Origin: an uncultured bacterium
GTDB taxonomy: Bacteria > AUK180
Reading direction: 5' to 3'
Assembly (NCBI GenBank): GCA_937863565.1
Contig: CALMGJ010000013.1
Span: 1-64,000, forward strand
DNA length: 64,000 bases
Shown: in pieces, positions 17,291-25,482 of the stretch
Position numbering within the stretch: position 1 is the first letter of the stretch
Layout: each line of letters opens with the position of its first letter
The notes under the pieces: model-generated
Database searches by the model: none
The model's input: the letters and a program-made list of their open reading frames with translations, nothing else
Told to the model about the DNA's origin: nothing
Position numbers and translations under genes: made by a program

Positions 17291-17321
17291 CCGTAAAAAG
17301 TAAAGACCAGGTACCTTATTG
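17291..17321 (+). repeat. 31-bp repeat copy C
   Basis: Identical to 16522-16552; overlaps the TAA stop of the ychF-like gene. Confidence 0.95.
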
Positions 17322-18299
17322 GAATTTGACGACCATGATATCGCCGTCCTTCATCCGGTATTCCTTCCCTTCAAGACGGAAGCAGTTGTTCTTCTTGGCC
17401 TCATGCTCCCCTCCGAACGCTATAACATCGGATGCGTTCACAACATCAGCCTTGATGAAACCCTTCATGATATCCGTATGGATAACGCCGGCTGCCTCGA
17501 CTGCTGTCTGGCCATTTCTCAGCTGCCATGCCCTGATCTCTTTTTCCGAACATGAAAAGAACGTTATCAGATGCATGTAAGAATACAGCTCCGCCGTGAA
17601 TTTCTTAAAAAAAGGCGTTTCGATGCCCATGAGTGAAAGATATTCCTTCTTCTCCTCCTCAGGAAGAAGGGAGATCTCAAGTTCGACCTTGCCGAGAATA
17701 TCAAAAACGGGAAAACCCCGTATATCCCTAAGTCCGCTCCCGGAACTGCCCTCAGCACCGTTCACGATGCAGAATACAGGTTTTGTCAAGAATAGCTGAA
17801 ACCCTTTCAGTATCCTGTATCTCTCTTCGGCGGCAGTTTCTTTGTATAGCGATCTTTCCGGGGCATACGATTCGAGAAGGGAGGCGATCGTCCGGGCTTC
17901 ATTGTCATGCTCAGATTCCTTCTTCCCCTTGGTAAGTACGCCATGCCTCTTTTGGAGTATCGTGATATCGTTGAGGTACATGTCCTCAAAAACGGAACCG
18001 ATCTCTTTCCCGGGCTCGCTCCCTTCATTGAATCCGTCGGTTACAATGATATAACCGTCCATCTCCTTGACCTCACGGTCGGTCAGGTCATAACCCGGGA
18101 AATCATAGAAAACGAAAGTATTGTAGATCTTTTTTTTCGTATTGTAGAGAACGGCGAGCTTCTCCACTCGATCATCGTGAACGTCAACTGTAGTGAAGAA
18201 TACTTTTTTCTCGAAATCCTGCGAAGTGTCTCTTCCGCAGAGTGCACCGTATATCACCGATTTCCCCGAGCCTTTTCTCCCTATTATCCCTATCTTCAT
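17316..18299 (-). CDS. YchF/OLA1-like P-loop NTPase with TGS (DUF933) domain, divergent
   Basis: GIIGRKGSGKS, V.V.DDRVEKL, DFPG, LITFF, AVEAAGVIHTD..KGFIKA, GKEY.MKDGDI. Confidence 0.85.
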   Translation of the reverse strand: MKIGIIGRKGSGKSVIYGALCGRDTSQDFEKKVFFTTVDVHDDRVEKLAVLYNTKKKIYNTFVFYDFPGYDLTDREVKEMDGYIIVTDGFNEGSEPGKEIGSVFEDMYLNDITILQKRHGVLTKGKKESEHDNEARTIASLLESYAPERSLYKETAAEERYRILKGFQLFLTKPVFCIVNGAEGSSGSGLRDIRGFPVFDILGKVELEISLLPEEEKKEYLSLMGIETPFFKKFTAELYSYMHLITFFSCSEKEIRAWQLRNGQTAVEAAGVIHTDIMKGFIKADVVNASDVIAFGGEHEAKKNNCFRLEGKEYRMKDGDIMVVKFQ

Positions 18300-18670
18300 C
18301 AGCAGATCGGTCCCGAAGTATCGCCTTTCATTTTCTTCGCTTCAATTGAAGCCTCTATGTAACGCTCTACCGCTGCGATGAAGGTATTCCGCGGGACATG
18401 TTTCACTTCCCGGCCGTTCTCTGAGTATGTTCGTGACTCCGATCTGTATTCCTTGTCCGAACGTTCCTCAATATCTTCGCCGTTGATCTTGACGGTGATG
18501 TGGCCGTAATACCTGTATTTCTCCTCCTCGCCTGTAGGCACAGCGATCACGCCTATTTCAAGCGTTTTGAACTTGTATTTTTCCGAGAAATCCGCTACAA
18601 CATCCCTGATCATGCGGTAACTTCTTAAAAAAACTTCATCTTTCCGGGAAATGTATATCTGGACATTCAT
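18299..18670 (-). CDS. Hypothetical thioredoxin-fold-like protein lacking the redox cysteines
   Basis: Pattern G..TVKINGEDIE...SRTY...G....P resembles small Trx-like proteins; overlaps both neighbours. Confidence 0.55.
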   Translation of the reverse strand: MNVQIYISRKDEVFLRSYRMIRDVVADFSEKYKFKTLEIGVIAVPTGEEEKYRYYGHITVKINGEDIEERSDKEYRSESRTYSENGREVKHVPRNTFIAAVERYIEASIEAKKMKGDTSGPIC

Positions 18671-19068
18671 TCATCACCCTCCGCTATCTCGTAAATGATC
18701 ACTTTGCTTTTTCCGGAAAACAGAAGCATCAGCACAAAAGAAATCGTAAAAAAGACACTGCCCAGAATAATACCAAGCCCGCCGCCCGGTTTAATGAACT
18801 CACCGGCGAAAATTCCGGCAAAGAGCATTGTCAGAGGAACGATGAAGATCAGCACTTGATATAGTATCTTCCTTGCCGCATGTACGCGGACACGGACCGT
18901 ATCATTAAGGGCATATCTTCCGGCCGAAGGTTGTTTGAACTCAATTTCGTCCGTTTTACACGCATCTTTCATTGCACAGTGCGCACATTCCGAAGCATCC
19001 TCGTGAATGGCTATCCGGAAAATATATTCGTCAGCATACGTAACATCCGCGTATTCAATCCTTCCCAT
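18667..19068 (-). CDS. RseC/MucC-family (SoxR-reducing system) membrane protein
   Basis: CAHC....AC motif, then D.V.V and two TM helices with IVPL; AGGAG RBS. Confidence 0.75.
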   Translation of the reverse strand: MGRIEYADVTYADEYIFRIAIHEDASECAHCAMKDACKTDEIEFKQPSAGRYALNDTVRVRVHAARKILYQVLIFIVPLTMLFAGIFAGEFIKPGGGLGIILGSVFFTISFVLMLLFSGKSKVIIYEIAEGDE

Positions 19069-20488
19069 GTACTATTTCTCCTCCTAATACCGTCATCTCG
19101 GGTTCCAAAGACCTTTCACCGATATGCTTTGAGGGGTTCGAGCAGAAAATGAGCGTATCGGTGTTCCGTCCGACTTCGAGAAATGAAGGTCTGTATCCGC
19201 TCATTTCATATGCACTGAAAGTTTAGGCTGAGATCGCATCTGAAAAGGAAATGCGTTCATTCCTGTCCGGATGGTTCATAGACCAGAATATCCCGTAGGA
19301 AGGGCTGAAGGGCATACCGTCGGAGCCGAATGCCGTAAGGCCGGCATGGGCCATAATGGAATGTACGGGATTGTTCTTTTTATATACCGGGCCGAATTTT
19401 TTTTCGTACATGCCGCCTTTAACTCCCCACATACCGATGAAATTGGGCTGGAGGGAAACGCGCAAACCCATGTTCTTCAATGAACGCAATATCACCGCGT
19501 CAACGAACTCAAGATGTTCGAGTCTGATTTTCTTCTTCTCTTTTCCCAATGTGGAAACCCCGTTCAGCACCGAGCGCACCGTGATATCCCCGATGGCATG
19601 TATCGAGATCTCCGGACAAGCCGGGGCATACCTGCCCAATAATGACGTTAAACGGGATGACGGAAGCAGAATCCGCGGACTGTCTTTACCTGAAAGGTAC
19701 GGGAAACTCATGCAGGCAGTATCAGCGCCGATGGAACCGTCCGCAAAAAGTTTGATGCCTTTATACCTGAAATGTTCCGTTACTGCAGGCTCCTTTTTAA
19801 AAAAAGGGTGCATGGTAAAATATGAAATATCGAAATCCCGTACATGATCGATGATCTTTCGGTAGAACCTGTAATAATTTCCGGAAAGGTAATCCGTGCT
19901 TCCCGTTATACCCAAACGGTACGCCTCCGCCCGGGCCTTGATGAACCCTTTCATTATCGTCTCTTCTTGAAAATCAAAATAATTATATATATTGAGCGCG
20001 TACTTCTCCTTGATAATGCCGTCCGAAGGAACGGGGATCCTTCTTGCGGCGAGATATGTTCCCGCGGCCGAATTGCAGACGAGGACATGACCGTCAAGGC
20101 GACGCGCTATGACAGGTATCCTGCGCGAGATCCTGTCAAGGTCCTCCCTGCGGATATATCGTTTGTCTTTCAGATAGTTCTCATCCCATCTCTCGGCGAT
20201 AATGAACCGGGACCTGTTACGCGTCATGTGGTCCGTGCAAGAGGCAACGATATCTTCAATTGAACACAATCCCAAGCAGTCGACTGACATTTTAAGAAGC
20301 GCATATCCCATGAAATGCATGTGGGTATCGTAAAAAGGCGGGAAGAAATGAAAACCTTTTCTGCCTTGTCCGGACGGTTTCTTCTTGATCAGAATACCGC
20401 CGGAGAATTCGAGATCGAAATAACCTTCATTAAAAACAAAGGCCTTCTCGAATTTACCGTTAAGACGGTTTTGCGCCTTTAAGTTCAT
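19055..20488 (-). pseudogene. Amidohydrolase family 3 (YtcJ-like) interrupted by a single in-frame TAA at 19225-19223
   Basis: D.H.H, RRLDGH, GIKLFADGSIG, HAIGD, RLEH, GSD.P motifs; the frame stays open for 55 codons after the TAA, to TGA at 19057-19055. Confidence 0.75.
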
Positions 20489-20723
20489 TCAGGATCTGTG
20501 TTTTTACTTTCTTTACTTCTGCAGCAGCCCTGATATAGGCATCGTCATCGTCGTCGATCTGGCGTGTAAAATCCTCTACAGCCTTTTCCACAAGGGATTC
20601 GGCTTTCCGCAGAGTTTCGGCCGGAACAGCCGCCTGCCTGTTCACGCGGCCCATGAACACTTCATCCTCGAGGATCAGTTCGACGGCTCTTTTCTTCCTT
20701 TCCTTGAGTTTTTGATCGTCCAT
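20460..20723 (-). CDS. Small hypothetical helical protein (87 aa)
   Basis: Fills the gap between two co-oriented genes, starting 1 nt after the upstream stop. Confidence 0.55.
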   Translation of the reverse strand: MDDQKLKERKKRAVELILEDEVFMGRVNRQAAVPAETLRKAESLVEKAVEDFTRQIDDDDDAYIRAAAEVKKVKTQILNELKGAKPS

Positions 20724-20724
20724 T

Positions 20725-22011
20725 TTACAACTTCACGCCTATACTGAATACTGCTTTCAGTTTGACCTGCTGGACTCTGTCCGGAGACAGCCTGTCCTCT
20801 GCACCGGAAAGGAACGCAGAGTATGCGCCGTCGGGAAAAAGATCGTACGCTTCATATGTGAGGGGAGCATATCTGATCCCCATATCGATATTTATCCTCT
20901 CCCCTATCCTGAAACCTGTTCCGAGCGTCATACCTACCTCGGCCAGGTCTTCAACAGCCGCGTATTCCTTGTAGAAGACGCCGAATCTCATAACCGCCCC
21001 GGTATCGAAGATATGTTCAACGGCAAGATTGAAGTCATCTGTATCGTAAAGCCCGGTATAATCGGGATCGGCCGTATTCTCGAACTTAGACCAGTATGTT
21101 CTGATATATGATACATAGATCGTAGAAAAAAGACCGGCACGAGGGCGGTATACGGCGTTCAATGAAAGAGAGGACGGATATTTTAAACTGAATTCATCTC
21201 CCTTCATCGTTGTTGACTCTGTTTCTCCATTGCTTATCGTGGTTAAAGAATCTGCAAGATCGCCGACCGTATTGTAAGAAAAAGAGACACCGAATCTTTT
21301 AAAATTGATGCCGGCATTGAGACAATGGGCCATACCTTTCATCGTTATGCTCATATCCTCATAGAATGTCGGGTCCGGGCTGGGGCTCAGGCCTTCGCCA
21401 TAGGGTGTAAGAGAGATCTCTTTGACATAATCATATTCACCCGACAGCATTGCCGCACTGTATCCCAGGAATGCGAATTTCCTGAAATTTGCACCGAGAC
21501 TGATATTGAAGGAATTCAATGCCGATGAGATCTCATACGTGTTGATCGCATATTTATTCGGTTCGGGATTATCGATATTCCTTATTTCCTCGTAGTACTT
21601 GTAATTGAAATCCGCATAGGGCAGACTTGAAACGGCGAACCCGACGCCGAACTCGCCGGCATCGAGACCTAGAGAAACTACAAACGGATAACTCCCAAAG
21701 AAATTGATATTATCCACATATGACTGATAGCCTATAAGGTTATCGAAGAAGGAATATGCAGGAAAAGCCCTCGATTCCGCAAAGCGTTCGATACCGGCGC
21801 AGACCTGGATATTAATGCTCTTTTCTAAAGAGAAAGCTCCCGGCATCTGAAATACGGCCTCAGGCGAGATATCGAAGATATTCGCGCCGGAAAGAGCGAT
21901 GCCCTTGCCGGAATAAGTTCTGTCGAAAGACCCGTAATATTCAAGATAACTTGCCGAGAAAACAAGATTCGCGGCGCATAAGAATACGATCGCTATGATG
22001 TGCTTTTTCAT
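20725..22011 (-). CDS. Outer-membrane beta-barrel, FadL/OmpP1-like
   Basis: Signal peptide, S.KGIALSGA plug-like motif, amphipathic strands, C-terminal FSIGVKL. Confidence 0.65.
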   Translation of the reverse strand: MKKHIIAIVFLCAANLVFSASYLEYYGSFDRTYSGKGIALSGANIFDISPEAVFQMPGAFSLEKSINIQVCAGIERFAESRAFPAYSFFDNLIGYQSYVDNINFFGSYPFVVSLGLDAGEFGVGFAVSSLPYADFNYKYYEEIRNIDNPEPNKYAINTYEISSALNSFNISLGANFRKFAFLGYSAAMLSGEYDYVKEISLTPYGEGLSPSPDPTFYEDMSITMKGMAHCLNAGINFKRFGVSFSYNTVGDLADSLTTISNGETESTTMKGDEFSLKYPSSLSLNAVYRPRAGLFSTIYVSYIRTYWSKFENTADPDYTGLYDTDDFNLAVEHIFDTGAVMRFGVFYKEYAAVEDLAEVGMTLGTGFRIGERINIDMGIRYAPLTYEAYDLFPDGAYSAFLSGAEDRLSPDRVQQVKLKAVFSIGVKL

Positions 22012-22020
22012 AAAGCCCCC

Positions 22021-24609
22021 TTAATAAAGAAAAGTAATGTGCAGCCGGACTGCCGTCTGCGTCTTAGTTACATTGGAGAGATAAGGATATTTACCCGCTT
22101 CATAATCGGTATAATCCGTGGGATCATCCAAGGCATCGTTCCACCATGTTCTTACATAATGCTCCTGTGGCACATAGGATTTGTACCAGAACTTCAATTT
22201 CAGATTTATGTTCGCAGAGAGCCAATTTGTGATCACGAACCATACCTTATGCCCCTTTCGGCTCATGAAATCTATCCTCGTATCCTCCCAGTCCCAAACG
22301 GAAGATTGCTCCGTATCCCAGAGCGTATAGTCCATCTGCATTTCCAAGGTTTTAGTGAAATTCCTTCTATAGGATACTGTATATGCAGAACCCAGCATTT
22401 TTCCGGTGCCCACGGCAAGATTATCGATATTGGATTCGGCATTGTTCGAGAGATAGGGATAAGGAGGAAGGTTCACGCTCGTGAAAAAGCATTCGAATCC
22501 GAGGGAATCGTAATTGCTGAGATTCGCCCTGAACCTCAGGGTTGTTTCGGCGGAATTCGAAATGCTTCTGGCATCGCTGTTATCCATCTTGTTCCATAGG
22601 AATTTTTGCTTCACATTTATCCTTACCGGAAAGATCGGCCTGTATTCAAGTTCACCTTGGAACCTCATCGTAGGACGTCCGTCCGCCTTCCTTTGGAAGA
22701 GATCGATGTAAGCCCGGGTCAGGGTCAGATTGCGGGCAAATTGGTATCTCGTTTCGAAATAGACGCCTCTTTCGGGCTGGGAATACGGCGACTGGAAATA
22801 AAGATCTCCGTTCAGCGGATTTGCCAGCTGATAATTGTATTTCTCGAAGAAAGTATCATTGTAGCGCTTATTCTCCGCGAACGGCCGCGCATAAGGATTA
22901 TCGTAATCCACGTCGATATCCCGGTACAGAACGAGCAGATTGAGAGAATTGAACTGGATGTAACTCGTTAACAGAAGTGCATCCCCGCCGCCGAGGAGTT
23001 TCCCGTATTCACCGCTCAGGTTCACGTTCGCGAAATTGAAGGCGAACTCGCCGCCGAGTACCGTTCTTTTGCTCGAACTCTCTCCGGTATTGTCGTAAAG
23101 ATAGAAATATTCGTTATTGATGATATAGGCCATATCCTCTTCCCAATCGGCATAATAGTTTGGGTCGATGTTCTTTACGAACTCCGTCCTTGAAAGAGGA
23201 TGGAAATACTTGTCATACTCGGAGCTGTAACCTGTGAAAGCTATATAATTCCCCGGGAAGAACTCGTACTTCAATTGGCCTCCGTAAGTCTTCTCGTTGA
23301 GCACATCACGGGCATCGGGGATAGGCGTTGTTGTCATCCAAGTGTTGGTATTCGTTATAGAAAGGTCGTTCAGGATTTCGAGCGATTCATTGGAAAGGGC
23401 CGGTTTGTTCACTATGAGGCTCTGCACGCTTCCGTCATCGTTCAGGACCGCATCCTTATCATCATCAGAGTAGAACGCCACAGCGGTCATTCCGCCTGTA
23501 TGGAACTCCCCTGCAACCCCTCGCAGCCTGAATTCTTCAGTTCTCGAAGTGTCGCCGATTATGCCCGTTATCCTCTTTGAGAAACCGAAGCCCGTTTTCC
23601 TCGGTGAAAAATAATCCGAGTTCTCCATTATTATACCATGCCCGAGAGTGAGCCTGTAGTCCCCGATGATGATCTTATTGAAATCGTTCAGCCTGTATTC
23701 CGCGAAGAGTTTTGACGTTCTCGTTATAGGGAAATCATCTCCGTACTGCTTGGAAAGAAGGCCTCCGAGTTTTATTTCCTTGCCGAACTTTTTCAGGTCC
23801 TTTCTCATTCTGAACTTCAGCATCATTGCCGGATTCGTGTTCATATAATTAGAAAGAAAGTCCGCGCCGAGATTCAGGTATTTTTGAACAAGGGAGGCGA
23901 ATTTATCCTCATCATCCTCTGTATATGGTGAATTATCGAAATAGAGCTGGGCGTAGCAATGGATCTTATTATCATATTCCGCGTCAGTGTATGAAACATA
24001 GTTGCGCAGATTTCTGTAGCCGTAGGATGAAAGGCCCTGAATGTCGCGAAGCGATCTCACCGAGGAGATCCCTCCCGAATCCCTGAGTTTCATCGAGATC
24101 GCGTAGGCGTCTACAGGTGAAACGTTAGGCATGTTTAAAAACTGAGTGTAGATGCCGCGGTTGATATTGAAGGGCGAAAGAAGGACATCCGTCCATTCAT
24201 CCGTGACACCTTCCTGAATGCCCTCTTCATCCGATTGTCTTGACAAGATATAATAAAGGGAGTTCAGACGTTGTGTCGTCAGGTCCGTTTCGGCGAATTT
24301 CCTCACATATATCAGGTTCTTCAGCTGCTTGAAAGTCTCCGCATCCATCCCTTTTACTTTCATGAGATCATAATATGAATCGAAATAAGAATGGAATTCC
24401 CTGAAATTATAAATGTTCAGAGCAAGTTCGGAACCGATAGGAAGGATATAAAAATCTTCAAGTGGAGCCGCATTGATGTCAAGAAGCCCTCCAACGGCAG
24501 AGACCTTCACTTGGTCCCCGTAATTGAAATCGGGCTCATAATCCTCATCCGCGCAGAATATCAGAGCCGAGATCAGCAGTACCGCAATTAGAAAAAACCG
24601 CTTTATCAT
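22021..24609 (-). CDS. Helix-hairpin-helix (ComEA-like) domain protein with a C-terminal outer-membrane barrel
   Basis: Signal peptide; LDINAAPLEDF...DLMKVKGM and PFNIN...FLNMPNVS...LRDIQGL; IIGDYRLTLGHG; C-terminal barrel strands ending in Y. Confidence 0.8.
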   Translation of the reverse strand: MIKRFFLIAVLLISALIFCADEDYEPDFNYGDQVKVSAVGGLLDINAAPLEDFYILPIGSELALNIYNFREFHSYFDSYYDLMKVKGMDAETFKQLKNLIYVRKFAETDLTTQRLNSLYYILSRQSDEEGIQEGVTDEWTDVLLSPFNINRGIYTQFLNMPNVSPVDAYAISMKLRDSGGISSVRSLRDIQGLSSYGYRNLRNYVSYTDAEYDNKIHCYAQLYFDNSPYTEDDEDKFASLVQKYLNLGADFLSNYMNTNPAMMLKFRMRKDLKKFGKEIKLGGLLSKQYGDDFPITRTSKLFAEYRLNDFNKIIIGDYRLTLGHGIIMENSDYFSPRKTGFGFSKRITGIIGDTSRTEEFRLRGVAGEFHTGGMTAVAFYSDDDKDAVLNDDGSVQSLIVNKPALSNESLEILNDLSITNTNTWMTTTPIPDARDVLNEKTYGGQLKYEFFPGNYIAFTGYSSEYDKYFHPLSRTEFVKNIDPNYYADWEEDMAYIINNEYFYLYDNTGESSSKRTVLGGEFAFNFANVNLSGEYGKLLGGGDALLLTSYIQFNSLNLLVLYRDIDVDYDNPYARPFAENKRYNDTFFEKYNYQLANPLNGDLYFQSPYSQPERGVYFETRYQFARNLTLTRAYIDLFQRKADGRPTMRFQGELEYRPIFPVRINVKQKFLWNKMDNSDARSISNSAETTLRFRANLSNYDSLGFECFFTSVNLPPYPYLSNNAESNIDNLAVGTGKMLGSAYTVSYRRNFTKTLEMQMDYTLWDTEQSSVWDWEDTRIDFMSRKGHKVWFVITNWLSANINLKLKFWYKSYVPQEHYVRTWWNDALDDPTDYTDYEAGKYPYLSNVTKTQTAVRLHITFLY

Positions 24610-24619
24610 ATCCTACCTT

Positions 24620-25477
24620 TCAATAATTCAGCGTGAAGCCGAAGTGATGAGTTATTCCCAGTGTATTGTGATACTCGAACGCATAATCGATCCCCACGAT
24701 AGAATATTTCACGGTAAGCCCGGCATTCATTACCGTAGGATTTGTCCCTATGCCGGCACGAAGGATCAAATATTCCATAATGCCGAATTCCGCTCCGGCA
24801 TGTATGCGTGCCGGTTCGAACTCGTTCTTCTCGATCTCTATCAGGGTCTTTGTTCCGTAATAGGGTTCGTATGCCACTCCGAAATTCATTTTAACCGGTA
24901 TCCTTTCGGTTATATCCTTGCCGAATTCCGGGGAATTGAAATCCTGGAGTGAAAATCCGAGATATGTGTTCTTCCCGACTTTCGCCATGATCCCGAGATC
25001 TATCGAAAAATTCGATGCGGATCCGTAATCCTTGAACATAAGGCCAAGATATTTCACGCTAAAACCTGCATTGAAGGTAGCGGATCTGTCACTGTAGAAT
25101 GAATTGGCATAACTTAAGATCAATGTCTGTTCACTGGTAAGGGTATCACCGTCAAGACCTACGCTCATTCCATTGTAACCGAAGGCAACAACTCCCATTT
25201 TCCCGAGATCATATGATACGGCGCCAATGCTTTCATTAATAAAATCAAGGGAGAAAGGCTTTTTATATGAAAGGAAAAGTCCCCATTTCTCTGTGCCGAG
25301 GATGCCGGCGGGATTGTAGAAAACGCTTTCCGCACCGCCGTTCAAGGACACGAAAGAGCCCCCCATTCCTACTGCCTTTGCCGAAGGGTGGGTATTGTCG
25401 AATATCGTTGCAGACAGTGCCGCGCAGAAAAGAAGCAACGCCAGCAGAAAGACCAGTTTGTTTATTTTCATTTTCAT
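24620..25477 (-). CDS. PorV/PorQ-family outer-membrane protein
   Basis: SAKAVGMGG.F...G.AESVFYNPAG, DLG, G.E......LRAG, DYA......LG.TH.F motifs. Confidence 0.8.
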   Translation of the reverse strand: MKMKINKLVFLLALLLFCAALSATIFDNTHPSAKAVGMGGSFVSLNGGAESVFYNPAGILGTEKWGLFLSYKKPFSLDFINESIGAVSYDLGKMGVVAFGYNGMSVGLDGDTLTSEQTLILSYANSFYSDRSATFNAGFSVKYLGLMFKDYGSASNFSIDLGIMAKVGKNTYLGFSLQDFNSPEFGKDITERIPVKMNFGVAYEPYYGTKTLIEIEKNEFEPARIHAGAEFGIMEYLILRAGIGTNPTVMNAGLTVKYSIVGIDYAFEYHNTLGITHHFGFTLNY

Positions 25478-25482
25478 CCTCC

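Larger units (their letters stand above)
15540..17321. mobile_element. Putative Y1/HUH transposase element with 31-bp terminal repeats and one repeat-bounded passenger gene
   Basis: Three copies of CCGTAAAA(A/T)GTAAAGACCAGGTACCTTATT: 15540-15570 (inverted), 16521-16552, 17291-17321. Confidence 0.7.

Noticed and set aside
19223-19225. Stop-codon reassignment or selenocysteine/pyrrolysine readthrough
   Set aside because: The codon is TAA, not TGA or TAG, and TAA ends many intact genes in this window.
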